From Negativicutes bacterium (GTDB lineage: Bacteria; Bacillota; Negativicutes; UBA1444): a stretch of DNA of 64,000 nucleotides. The notes under the pieces are model-generated. The model was not told where the DNA came from. It ran no database searches and was given only the letters and a program-made list of their open reading frames with translations. The DNA is taken from assembly GCA_963665275.2 (NCBI GenBank), contig CAXXIN010000006.1, forward strand, positions 1 to 64,000, given 5' to 3'. Shown here piece by piece: positions 32,282 to 40,981 of this stretch; the first letter of the stretch is position 1, and each line of letters begins with the position of its first letter. A program made the position numbers and the translations under genes.

Positions 32282-33154
32282 ATGAAACTGGGTTTTATCG
32301 GATTCGGTGAAGTGTCTTTTGAAATATCAAACGGGCTAAAGATGGAGGGCTTGCAGGAAATCGTTGCCTTTGATCCAATGCAGAATGATCCCCAATTCGG
32401 TTCTTTTGTGAGGCAAAGAGCGATAACTGCAGCGGTAACCTTGCTGGATACGCCGGGAGCGGTGATCGCCGCAGCTGATTTGATTATTGCCGCAGTTCCA
32501 GGCAGCAAAGCGCTGCAAGCTGCGGAATCGATCCTCGGAGATTTGAATGAATGCAAAATATATGCGGACGTATCCACTTCATCACCCACGACCAAACAAA
32601 AAATCGCGACGCTTATTGCTTCGACCGGTGCTCTCTTTGTCGATGGAGCGCTCATGGGCGGTTTGCGGTTGCAGCAGCACAAAGTCCCCACCTTGCTCAG
32701 TGGCAGCGGCGCCGATAAATTTATCGAGCTGATGCGACTCTATCACATGTCGTTGGAAAAAGTGAGTGACAAAGCCGGCGATGCCATCGCAATCAAATTG
32801 GTGCGAAGTGTCTACATGAAAGGGATTGCATCGTTGCAGGTAGAAATGTTGGAAGCAGCAACGAAACTACAGGTGGAAGACAAAGTGCTCGCTTCAATAT
32901 CCAACACCATGGATGCGGGTTCCTTCATGAAAACCATGAATTTTTTAGTCACTGCCGGTGCTATTCATGCAGAGCGGCAGTCCCATGAGATGAAAGACTG
33001 CATGGTGATGCTCCAAGATCTTGGAATCCAGCCTACAATGACCGAGGCAACCATGATGCACCTGCAGGGGTTGGCAAGCAAAAAACTGAAAGATAGGTTT
33101 CAGGGAAATGTTCCCGCAAAATGGGAAGATGTCATACAGAATTTAGCGGGATAA
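32282..33154 (+). CDS. NAD(P)-dependent beta-hydroxyacid dehydrogenase-like protein (DUF1932 type)
   Basis: GFIGFGE Rossmann motif, FVDGALMG, AIKLVRSVYMKG, HAERQSHEM. Confidence 0.82.
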   Translation: MKLGFIGFGEVSFEISNGLKMEGLQEIVAFDPMQNDPQFGSFVRQRAITAAVTLLDTPGAVIAAADLIIAAVPGSKALQAAESILGDLNECKIYADVSTSSPTTKQKIATLIASTGALFVDGALMGGLRLQQHKVPTLLSGSGADKFIELMRLYHMSLEKVSDKAGDAIAIKLVRSVYMKGIASLQVEMLEAATKLQVEDKVLASISNTMDAGSFMKTMNFLVTAGAIHAERQSHEMKDCMVMLQDLGIQPTMTEATMMHLQGLASKKLKDRFQGNVPAKWEDVIQNLAG

Positions 33155-33214
33155 AGAAACAAAACCCGATTGGAAACAAAAAATACGAGAAGCATGTGTT
33201 GGGAGAGATTGAAA

Positions 33215-34549
33215 ATGACAAACACGATTCAGGATACAGCTTCATTTGAATCAAATACAATGAAAAAAGTTAGAAACCGACTCATTCCATTTCTTACACT
33301 ACTGTATTTCTTTGCCATGTTGGACAGAGTAAACGTTGGGTATGCCGCTCTGACGATGAATAAGGAGCTTGGAATCTCTAGCGCGCAATTCGGACTTGTG
33401 GCAGGTATTTTTTTCATAGGATATTTTATATTTGAAGTTCCCAGCAATATAATCATGACCAAGGTCGGGGCGCGTCAGTGGATCGGCCGAATCCTCATTA
33501 CCTGGGGAATTGCTTCTGCGGCGTGTGGCCTGATTCAAAATGCAACGCAGCTTTATATTGCGAGATTCATTCTCGGCGTGATGGAAGCTGGATTTTATCC
33601 TGGAGTTATGTTGTATCTCACTTACTGGTTTCCTGCGAAGGAGCGCGGAAAAGTGATTTCGTTATTTATGCTGGCGCTTCCCATTTCGTCAATTTTAGGC
33701 GCGCCGATTTCAGGGTTAATTCTTGATCATATACATTGGGCAGGAATCTCAAGTTGGCGCTGGTTGTTTTACTTTGAAGGATTGCCTACTCTTATTTTTG
33801 GTGTCATTACGATTCTTATGCTTCCGAATACTCCGAGTGATGCAAAATGGCTCTCGACGGAGGAAAAAACATGGCTGGAAGACAAAATCAAACGTGAGCA
33901 CGAAGCAGTCGCCAGCAAGCATAAACATTCCATGTGGAGCGCTTTGGCCGGGAGTACAGTGTGGTTATTGGCCATAATTTACTTTAGTAAAACAATGGCC
34001 GTATATGGAGTGACTTTCTTTGCCCCAACGTTGATCAAAGGTCTGACAGTGGGCTTGTCTAACTTCCAAATCGGGTTAATTAATGCGATTCCGTTAGTTT
34101 TTGCCTCGTTCTTTATGGTTTGGTGGGGCAATCATTCTGACAAGACAGGGGAACGCCGCTGGCATACGGCACTTTCAGTATTGCTCTGTGGAATAGGTCT
34201 GTTAGGGTTAGGATTTACAAGTAGCCCAATACTGGCAGTGGTTTTCCTCACCGTCGTATATTGTGGTGCTTATAGTATTTACGGTGCATTTTGGTCGCTG
34301 ACGGCTATGGTATACACTGGGAAGTCGGCAGCAGTGGCTATGGCATCCATCAATTCCATAGCAAATTTGGGAGGATTTATCGGTCCGGTTGGGATCGGGG
34401 CATTAAAAACGGCAACCGGCGGCAGTAATTATGCTGGTTTTTATGCTTGCGCGGCACTCCTGTTCATTGCGTTTGGAATTACGCTTTCGCTGAAGTTCGC
34501 AAAAAAAGACGACACAATCGTTGAAGCAAAAGTGGCGGCGGCAAAGTAG
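33215..34549 (+). CDS. MFS transporter (ACS family, tartrate/nicotinate-like)
   Basis: LDRVNVGYA, FEVPSN, EAGFYPG, WRWLFYFEG. Confidence 0.92.
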   Translation: MTNTIQDTASFESNTMKKVRNRLIPFLTLLYFFAMLDRVNVGYAALTMNKELGISSAQFGLVAGIFFIGYFIFEVPSNIIMTKVGARQWIGRILITWGIASAACGLIQNATQLYIARFILGVMEAGFYPGVMLYLTYWFPAKERGKVISLFMLALPISSILGAPISGLILDHIHWAGISSWRWLFYFEGLPTLIFGVITILMLPNTPSDAKWLSTEEKTWLEDKIKREHEAVASKHKHSMWSALAGSTVWLLAIIYFSKTMAVYGVTFFAPTLIKGLTVGLSNFQIGLINAIPLVFASFFMVWWGNHSDKTGERRWHTALSVLLCGIGLLGLGFTSSPILAVVFLTVVYCGAYSIYGAFWSLTAMVYTGKSAAVAMASINSIANLGGFIGPVGIGALKTATGGSNYAGFYACAALLFIAFGITLSLKFAKKDDTIVEAKVAAAK

Positions 34550-34601
34550 CGGAGCAGCACCGAACGAAAGAGATGGCACTAAATTGTCTTTCGCCAAGAA
34601 T

Positions 34602-34648
34602 CGCAGCACCCCCGGATACGATGCACTGTCGTGTCCGGGGGTGCTGCG
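34602..34648. terminator. Strong GC-rich hairpin after MFS
   Basis: CGCAGCACCCCCGGATACGAT...GTCGTGTCCGGGGGTGCTGCG. Confidence 0.65.
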
Positions 34649-34787
34649 TAACAAGATTTACTTGTTGTCGAGTTCACCCAGTCAGATTTTATTGCCACAT
34701 TGCAATACTTGCTTATTGGACCGGCTATTTGAATTAAAGTTTCGCAGATTATCCACCACCGGGAAAAAGTACGCAATTTGTTCGCTG

Positions 34788-34925
34788 GTGACGGCACAAC
34801 ATGATGCGGAAGCCAAAACAAAGCCTCCGGCTCTGACCTGGACAAACGGCAAGTAGTATGAGGTCGACCGGGTGGTAGATGCAAGGATATAGTGGCCTGG
34901 GAATGCGGCATACATGCAGGGTATG
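34788..34925 (+). pseudogene. Degenerate small mobile-element hypothetical gene, copy 2
   Basis: VTAQHDAEAKTKPPALTWTNGK*YEVDRVVDAR with an internal stop; identical 19-mer with 21586-21604. Confidence 0.5.
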
Positions 34926-35064
34926 AGGCTTTTGTTCAGCTGCAGTAACGAAACGCCTTTATATTTTCATCATGGCAGGAAATATCCAATCGACAAAGGA
35001 AATAATGGTTGTATCATGAATCAATAAGCTGAGATAAAAAAATCGCAAGAAAGGGTGATTTAGA

Positions 35065-35214
35065 GTGACCAACCCACAGATTGAACTTCCAAATTCTCCA
35101 GTTAGTGACGAAGCACGAGAAAAGTTCGAGGCGGAAGTCCGACTGATCCGCACCTATCCTATGCCGCGCGACATAGAACCCCAAATTTGTCGGGGCAAGC
35201 AGGTAAGGCTATGA
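35065..35214 (+). CDS. Small 49-aa protein, putative amidase accessory subunit (GatC/AtzG-like)
   Basis: GTG after AAGGGTGA RBS; MTNPQIELPNSPVSDEAREKFEAEVRLIRTYPMPRDIEPQICRGKQVRL; TGA overlaps the amidase ATG (ATGA). Confidence 0.55.
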   Translation: MTNPQIELPNSPVSDEAREKFEAEVRLIRTYPMPRDIEPQICRGKQVRL

Positions 35215-36575
35215 ACAATATTGGGATAGAAACTCTTACTCTAAATAAAGCGTCGACGTTGCTCCGCTCGCGGAAACTATCGCCGGTTGAACTGGTTCAG
35301 GCATGCCTGGATAGGATTGAACAGGTAGAGGGCCGAGTAAAAGCTTGGGTTACATTGCTCCCGGATCAGGCCCTCGCTCAGGCCAAACAGGCGGAACATG
35401 AAATTGTTCACAACCAATATCGGGGTCCCCTTCATGGGATTCCCTATGGGGCCAAAGATATCATCCATACGGCGGGGATTCGCACCAGCGGAGGATCTCA
35501 GGTGGAGCCGAATTTTGTGCCCCGTGAGAATGCGACCATTATCCATAAACTGTCGAGCGCCGGAGCGATTTTGCTTGGGAAAACAACCACTACCGAATTC
35601 GCTTTTCTTGGCGGCGAGCCGGCTACGCGTAATCCTTGGAATTTGGCGCATACGCCAGGGGGATCTAGCGCCGGATCGGCTGCGGCGGTGTCTGCATCCA
35701 TGGCGCTGTTTGCCCTGGGAACGCAGACGGTTGGTTCCTTGCTCCGCCCTGCGTCTTTTAACGGTCTAACCTGTATTAAATCTACCTATGGGCTTGTGAG
35801 CCGAAGGGGCGTAATTCCTGCCAGCTGGAGCTTGGACCACCTGGGGGCCTTTACCCATACGGTGGAGGATAACGCGACGGTATTGTCTGCGATTGCCGGA
35901 TACGATCCGCTGGATCCCGCCTCACTTGAGGTCAACATCCCTTCCTATGCCGATTCGCTCGGAATGTTGCTCGAGGGAAAGACGATTGGACTGCCCACTT
36001 CTTTTTTCCTTGCAGAAGATCCGAGGATTATGCAAGCTGTGGAACAGGCGGTTAAAGTGCTGGAAGAATTAGGATTCCAAGTTCGAAAGATAGATTTGCC
36101 GACATGCCTGGCTGAAGCAAATGCCTCTTTGCAAATTGTGATGCGCTCAGAAGCGGCATCCTATCATCAAACGCAGTATTCAAAGGCGCCGGAAAATTTC
36201 GGTCCGTATATTCGAGAACAGATTGCCTTGGGAAGACAAACCCTTGCGGTTGATTATCTGCAGGCTCAGCGGATTCGGACCATGTTCCGTAATGAAATGC
36301 TGAAACTGTTTGATAAGGTGGATATCCTTCTTACCCCGTCGACAACTACGGTTGCACCCATCGGCTATGGCACCGGAAATCCTATTTTCAACGGACCCTT
36401 TACGAATGCTGGACTGCCGGCCCTGACTGTTCCTGTCGGGTTTGATGCATCAACCGGTCTGCCGATTGGTATGCAATTGGTGGGGCCGCTGTTGGCCGAA
36501 CCGTTGTTGCTGGCAGTCGGCGCCCAATATCAAAAGGTGACTGATTGGCATCAACAACGCCCTGGACTTGATTAG
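35211..36575 (+). CDS. Amidase-signature family enzyme (GatA/AtzE-like)
   Basis: PLHGIPYGAKD, GKTTTTEFA, TPGGSSAGS, GTQTVGSLLRPA, GLPIGMQL. Confidence 0.92.
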   Translation: MNNIGIETLTLNKASTLLRSRKLSPVELVQACLDRIEQVEGRVKAWVTLLPDQALAQAKQAEHEIVHNQYRGPLHGIPYGAKDIIHTAGIRTSGGSQVEPNFVPRENATIIHKLSSAGAILLGKTTTTEFAFLGGEPATRNPWNLAHTPGGSSAGSAAAVSASMALFALGTQTVGSLLRPASFNGLTCIKSTYGLVSRRGVIPASWSLDHLGAFTHTVEDNATVLSAIAGYDPLDPASLEVNIPSYADSLGMLLEGKTIGLPTSFFLAEDPRIMQAVEQAVKVLEELGFQVRKIDLPTCLAEANASLQIVMRSEAASYHQTQYSKAPENFGPYIREQIALGRQTLAVDYLQAQRIRTMFRNEMLKLFDKVDILLTPSTTTVAPIGYGTGNPIFNGPFTNAGLPALTVPVGFDASTGLPIGMQLVGPLLAEPLLLAVGAQYQKVTDWHQQRPGLD

Positions 36576-36669
36576 GTGCGTCGCCTCAAATGATAAGGAC
36601 GTTGAAAATTGCAGAAAGGAATAAATTTGGTGATGCCTATTGAAAATTGGAAGTTCTTTCATGCAATGT

Positions 36670-36688
36670 TTGAACATATTTTGAACAC
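36670..36688 (+). repeat. 19-bp direct repeat, copy 2 (putative arm-type site near the right island end)
   Basis: TTGAACATATTTTGAACAC, identical to 19756-19774. Confidence 0.7.
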
Positions 36689-36758
36689 ACAGTGCCAAAA
36701 CGGCATGGGATGAGATGGGACGGAATACGCAGTTAAAAACGGCCTTCGCCTGGCGCCG

Positions 36759-36830
36759 TCAGTTGACTACTTGCTTTTTTGCCTTATTTCGAGTTTCCAA
36801 ATTTTCTTTGATTCCATCCATCATTGTTTC
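36759..36830 (-). pseudogene. 3' tail of a second, related integrase
   Basis: ETMMDGIKENLETRNKAKKQVVN* matches the end of the 19791 integrase (ETMMDGIKEKLETRK*). Confidence 0.75.
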
Positions 36831-37169
36831 CCACATTTTAGATGCAAGCTTAAAAAGTTTATTTAACTGGTAAATGGTAACAATAACATCATAGGCTGCG
36901 TATATTTTCATAGCGCCCTTCTCCCGAACTCCAGACACTTCCTCTCTGATTTGCGTTGCGTTTCAGAGGGGATTTTTGTTTTCAGAGTTGAAAAGATTGT
37001 CAATGCTTCTACAGCTTGTTATTGATTTGCAAATATTCATGGGCGAAAAAGGGAGTATAATAAGGTGACCTAATTAAATTGAATATTTATTAAATTTAAT
37101 TATTGACCCAAAATAGAATTTAATAAATATTATTCACGATTCTATGATAAGAAATACCGGAGGTGCATC

Positions 37170-39635
37170 ATGCGCCAGACTCCTACAATAACTATGCAAG
37201 TACTACGTACGATACTTGATAGTGTTCACGATGCGATCATTCTGCATGACATGGATGGAATAATTATTGACGTCAATAATCGAATGTTGGAGATGTTTCA
37301 GGTTGAATATGATGAATCCTTGAAGCTAACCATCGGCCAGGGTTATTCCGGGCCCGAAAACGACATTGCTTCATTGCCTGACAGCTGGAAAAAAGTAGTT
37401 CAGGGCGAGCCTATGTTGTTTGATTGGGTAGCGCGTCGACCCCATGACCACTCGTTGTTTGATGCTGAAATTTACTTGTGCCGAGTAAAAATCTATAACA
37501 CTGATGCCATCCTTGCAACGGTTCGGGACATTACGGCGAGAAAAAAAACGGAGCAAGCGTTGAACAACAGTGAAAAGAAGTTCCGCAAATTGATTCAATC
37601 GGCGCCGGAAGCGATGGTCTTCGTTGACCCTCAGGGTAAGATCGTATTGGTCAATGACCAAATGAAGAAGATGTTTGGATATGAAGAGGTTGAAATGAAG
37701 GGAAAAGCGGTGGAAATGTTAATTTCTCTAAATCATATTGACCATGCTGGACTTCGCGCCGATTTCTTCGCCAACGCTTCAATTAAAGCTATGAAGGGTG
37801 GCGCAGAGCTGCTTGCTGTGCATAAGGATGATCATGAGTTTCCCGTAGCTGTAAACTTGAGCCAGATTGCAACGGAGGATGGGTTGGTAGTATGCGTAGC
37901 GGTCCGGGATATTACCGAGAACAAAAAAACCGAGCAACAGTTACGGTTGTGGGCTGAGATATTAAAAAACAGTGGCGAGGGAATGTTTGTCACGGATGTA
38001 GAGGCTAACATTATCCTGACCAACGATTCCTTTGTCCGCATATCAGGATACTCAACAGAGGAGATTATTGGCCAAAAGCCAAGTCTTTTCAAATCTGACC
38101 GGCATGGCAGAGAATTCTACCAGCGTATGTGGAACTCTTTGCGGCAAACCGGATATTGGCAGGGGGAAATATGGGACCGGCGTAAAGACGGCACGGTTTA
38201 TCCAAAGTGGTCTACGATCAGTCGAGTCATCGATGATAAGCAAAAGGTGACTCATTATATTGCTATTTTCAACGATATCACCGATCGTAAAAAGGCGGAA
38301 GACCGCATCCGTTATCTTGCATTTTACGATGACCTGACAGGCCTTCCGAACCGGAGTCTATTGCAAGACCGACTACAATCCGCGATCGAACACGCCAAAA
38401 GATTCGAAGAAAAATTAGCCGTGATGTTCATGGATCTGGATAACTTTAAAATTATTAATGATTCGTTGGGGCATTCCGCCGGAGATGATTTATTACAACA
38501 AGTGGGGAAACGGCTGGAGGGCATTTGCCGTTCATCAGACACCATTAGCCGATTCGGCGGAGACGAGTTTGTCATCATCCTGCCAAGCAGTGAACATCCG
38601 CTTCACGCCGTTCATGTTGCTGAAAGAGTGGCCCAAGCCTTGAACACGTCTTTTGATATCAACGGTTTTTCGCTACGAATGACGGCAAGCATAGGGATCT
38701 GTTTGTATCCCGAAGATGGCGGCGATGTTGACAGCCTCATCCGAAATGCGGATGTCGCTATGAACAATATCAAGGAGAACGGGCGTGGCAATTATCGGTT
38801 TTATTCAATGGAACTTAATGCCATGGCAGCTGAACGTCTTTCTTTGATCAATGACCTGCGCCTGGCGCTGGAACAAAATGAATTTGTGCTACATTATCAG
38901 CCAAAAGTAAATGCCATCAGCGGGAAAATGACCGGAGTCGAGGCGTTGCTTCGCTGGAATCACCCGAAGAAAGGGATGGTACCGCCACTGGCGTTCATTG
39001 CCGAACTAGAGGAAACGCGGCTCATCATTCCTGTCAGTGAGTGGATATTGCAAGAGGTTTGTCGGCAACAAAGAGAGTGGGCCCAAATGGGCCTTGGACA
39101 AATTTCCGTTGCGGTCAATATATCTGCTGTCCAGTTTCAACAGCCTGCGTTTCTCGAAACAATTAAGGCGTTTATTGGCACTTGTGAAACTTGGCAATGC
39201 ATCGAATTCGAGGTTACAGAGGGGGTTGTTTTGAAGAATCCCGCTGAAGCCATAGAAATAATGGAAAAACTTAAAGATATGGGGTTGCTTTTATCCTTGG
39301 ATGATTTTGGCACAGGCTTTTCAAGCCTGAGTTATTTGCGCAGGTTGCCGATCGATAAATTAAAAATTGATCAAACTTTTGTACGGGAAATGATGGGGAA
39401 TCCGAAGGATATTGTTATCATCAAAGCAATCCTGGATCTAAGTAAGGGACTGAATTTAAAGACGATTGCCGAGGGTGTGGAAACGGAGGAACAACTGTCG
39501 ATCCTTCGTTCAATGGGCTGTGATGAAATTCAGGGATATTATTTCGCCAAACCCATGCCTGGCGAGGCCTTTGTGCGTTGGCTGGATAGCCGGCCTGTTC
39601 TGGAAAAGCGGCTCCGGGTTGCGCAATGGAGGTGA
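37170..39635 (+). CDS. Multi-PAS GGDEF/EAL c-di-GMP signalling protein
   Basis: Three PAS/PAC repeats, YDDLTGLPNR, RFGGDEF, EALLRW, DDFGTGFSS, QGYYFAKP. Confidence 0.95.
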   Translation: MRQTPTITMQVLRTILDSVHDAIILHDMDGIIIDVNNRMLEMFQVEYDESLKLTIGQGYSGPENDIASLPDSWKKVVQGEPMLFDWVARRPHDHSLFDAEIYLCRVKIYNTDAILATVRDITARKKTEQALNNSEKKFRKLIQSAPEAMVFVDPQGKIVLVNDQMKKMFGYEEVEMKGKAVEMLISLNHIDHAGLRADFFANASIKAMKGGAELLAVHKDDHEFPVAVNLSQIATEDGLVVCVAVRDITENKKTEQQLRLWAEILKNSGEGMFVTDVEANIILTNDSFVRISGYSTEEIIGQKPSLFKSDRHGREFYQRMWNSLRQTGYWQGEIWDRRKDGTVYPKWSTISRVIDDKQKVTHYIAIFNDITDRKKAEDRIRYLAFYDDLTGLPNRSLLQDRLQSAIEHAKRFEEKLAVMFMDLDNFKIINDSLGHSAGDDLLQQVGKRLEGICRSSDTISRFGGDEFVIILPSSEHPLHAVHVAERVAQALNTSFDINGFSLRMTASIGICLYPEDGGDVDSLIRNADVAMNNIKENGRGNYRFYSMELNAMAAERLSLINDLRLALEQNEFVLHYQPKVNAISGKMTGVEALLRWNHPKKGMVPPLAFIAELEETRLIIPVSEWILQEVCRQQREWAQMGLGQISVAVNISAVQFQQPAFLETIKAFIGTCETWQCIEFEVTEGVVLKNPAEAIEIMEKLKDMGLLLSLDDFGTGFSSLSYLRRLPIDKLKIDQTFVREMMGNPKDIVIIKAILDLSKGLNLKTIAEGVETEEQLSILRSMGCDEIQGYYFAKPMPGEAFVRWLDSRPVLEKRLRVAQWR

Positions 39636-39753
39636 AGGATACAATACGAATATCAGGCAGACATTCGTTCTACAATGCAAGCAAACGAGAATATAGCGGG
39701 GGCTTTCGAAAAACACATCTGGTACTACATGGATAACAAGAGAAATAGAATGA

Positions 39754-39813
39754 AGCAGAACGTGAAAGTCTCTTGTCACCAGAAACGGCGGCGGGGGCTT
39801 TCACAATTCTGCT
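39754..39813. repeat. Imperfect long hairpin downstream of the GGDEF/EAL gene
   Basis: AGCAGAA.GTGAAAGTCTCTTGTC...GGCGGGGGCTTTCAC..TTCTGCT with G-U pairs. Confidence 0.45.
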
Positions 39814-40165
39814 GACAACTTCTTCTGTGGTGATGAACATTTAGCGGTTATCAAAATAAATCAGGAAAATCTATAGCTTATGCCACAATCAAATCCATTA
39901 TATTAGTGCTATGCAACATAGTTTATATATAAAGGCCCGGGAAGTTTATAATGTTTATGATCCTAGATATTGTTGAAGGACGTGTCACTGTAATACACGT
40001 AGGGTAAGAAAGCTGCGGCAGGATTTCGATTTTAAATATCGAAATGATTATAAAAGCTTGAAACAATACGGACAGGCGAATGTGATTGAAACTTAAGGTC
40101 GGTCAACAGTTGGAACTAAAGATGGCAAATGGTTGTTTTGTTCAATTCGCAGAGAGGTGCTTTTG

Positions 40166-40915
40166 ATGAAGGCGATAGACTTGCAAGTCGGAGAGGAACA
40201 GTATGGGCAATCGGCGGAAGTGTCTGATGATGCCGACATCAAGACGTCTGAAGAACTATCACACGAAGCAATGTTACAGCTGATCCATGAATTGCAGGCG
40301 CAGAATAAACACCTGCTGCGCACGCAGGCGGAGCTGGCGGAAACATTGCGTGCTAAGGACGTTTTGCTGGAAAAGGCCGATACTCTCATGGCGGATAATC
40401 GGCAAACTGTACCCAGTCACGCGACTCATGATCCATTGACCGGCCTGCTTAAACTTCGCGGTGCACTGAAGCTGTTGTCCAAAGAACTGGCGCGTAACAA
40501 AAGAAATGGGGAAGAACTAGCCATCGGACTCTGTGATATTGATGGTTTCAAAGAGCTTTACGATACCTACGGACATCGGGCCAGAAATGAAGTGTTGTGC
40601 TGGGTTGCCCAGACACTAACAACATGTCTCAGGGAGTATGATACTGTAGCACGAATCGGGGGAGAAAAATTTTTGTTGATAATGCCACTTCAGCCCGGAG
40701 GTGATGCCGAATCCGTCTGCGAGCGTATTTGTGAACAAATCAGCAAAAGCAAAATAGCAACTGTACGCGGAGATCTTAGTGTTACCGTTAGTATCGGCAT
40801 TGCCTATGCCGCACAAGGCAGCGTAATTAATATTCTAAGGGCGGAGGCGGATGCCGCTTTGTCTCATGCAAAGAAACTGGGATGCAACCGAACTGTTTTT
40901 TTTGCAAAAGCTTAA
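40166..40915 (+). CDS. GGDEF-domain protein with degenerate active site (GGEKF) and N-terminal coiled coil
   Basis: HDPLTGL, DIDGFK, REYD..ARIGGEKF, SVTVSIG. Confidence 0.85.
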   Translation: MKAIDLQVGEEQYGQSAEVSDDADIKTSEELSHEAMLQLIHELQAQNKHLLRTQAELAETLRAKDVLLEKADTLMADNRQTVPSHATHDPLTGLLKLRGALKLLSKELARNKRNGEELAIGLCDIDGFKELYDTYGHRARNEVLCWVAQTLTTCLREYDTVARIGGEKFLLIMPLQPGGDAESVCERICEQISKSKIATVRGDLSVTVSIGIAYAAQGSVINILRAEADAALSHAKKLGCNRTVFFAKA

Positions 40916-40981
40916 AGATGGCTTCATAGCGGATTAGAAATGTTTTTTGGGCATTGCCGAGAGTTACTGGATATATATATA

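Larger units (their letters stand above)
19681..36748. mobile_element. Decayed integrative element / genomic island inserted at tRNA-Leu
   Basis: Integrase and ImmA next to the tRNA; 19-bp direct repeat at 19756 and 36670; 9-bp tRNA-3' match CGGCCTTCG at 19681 and 36740; cargo visibly more AT-rich than the flanks. Confidence 0.65.
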
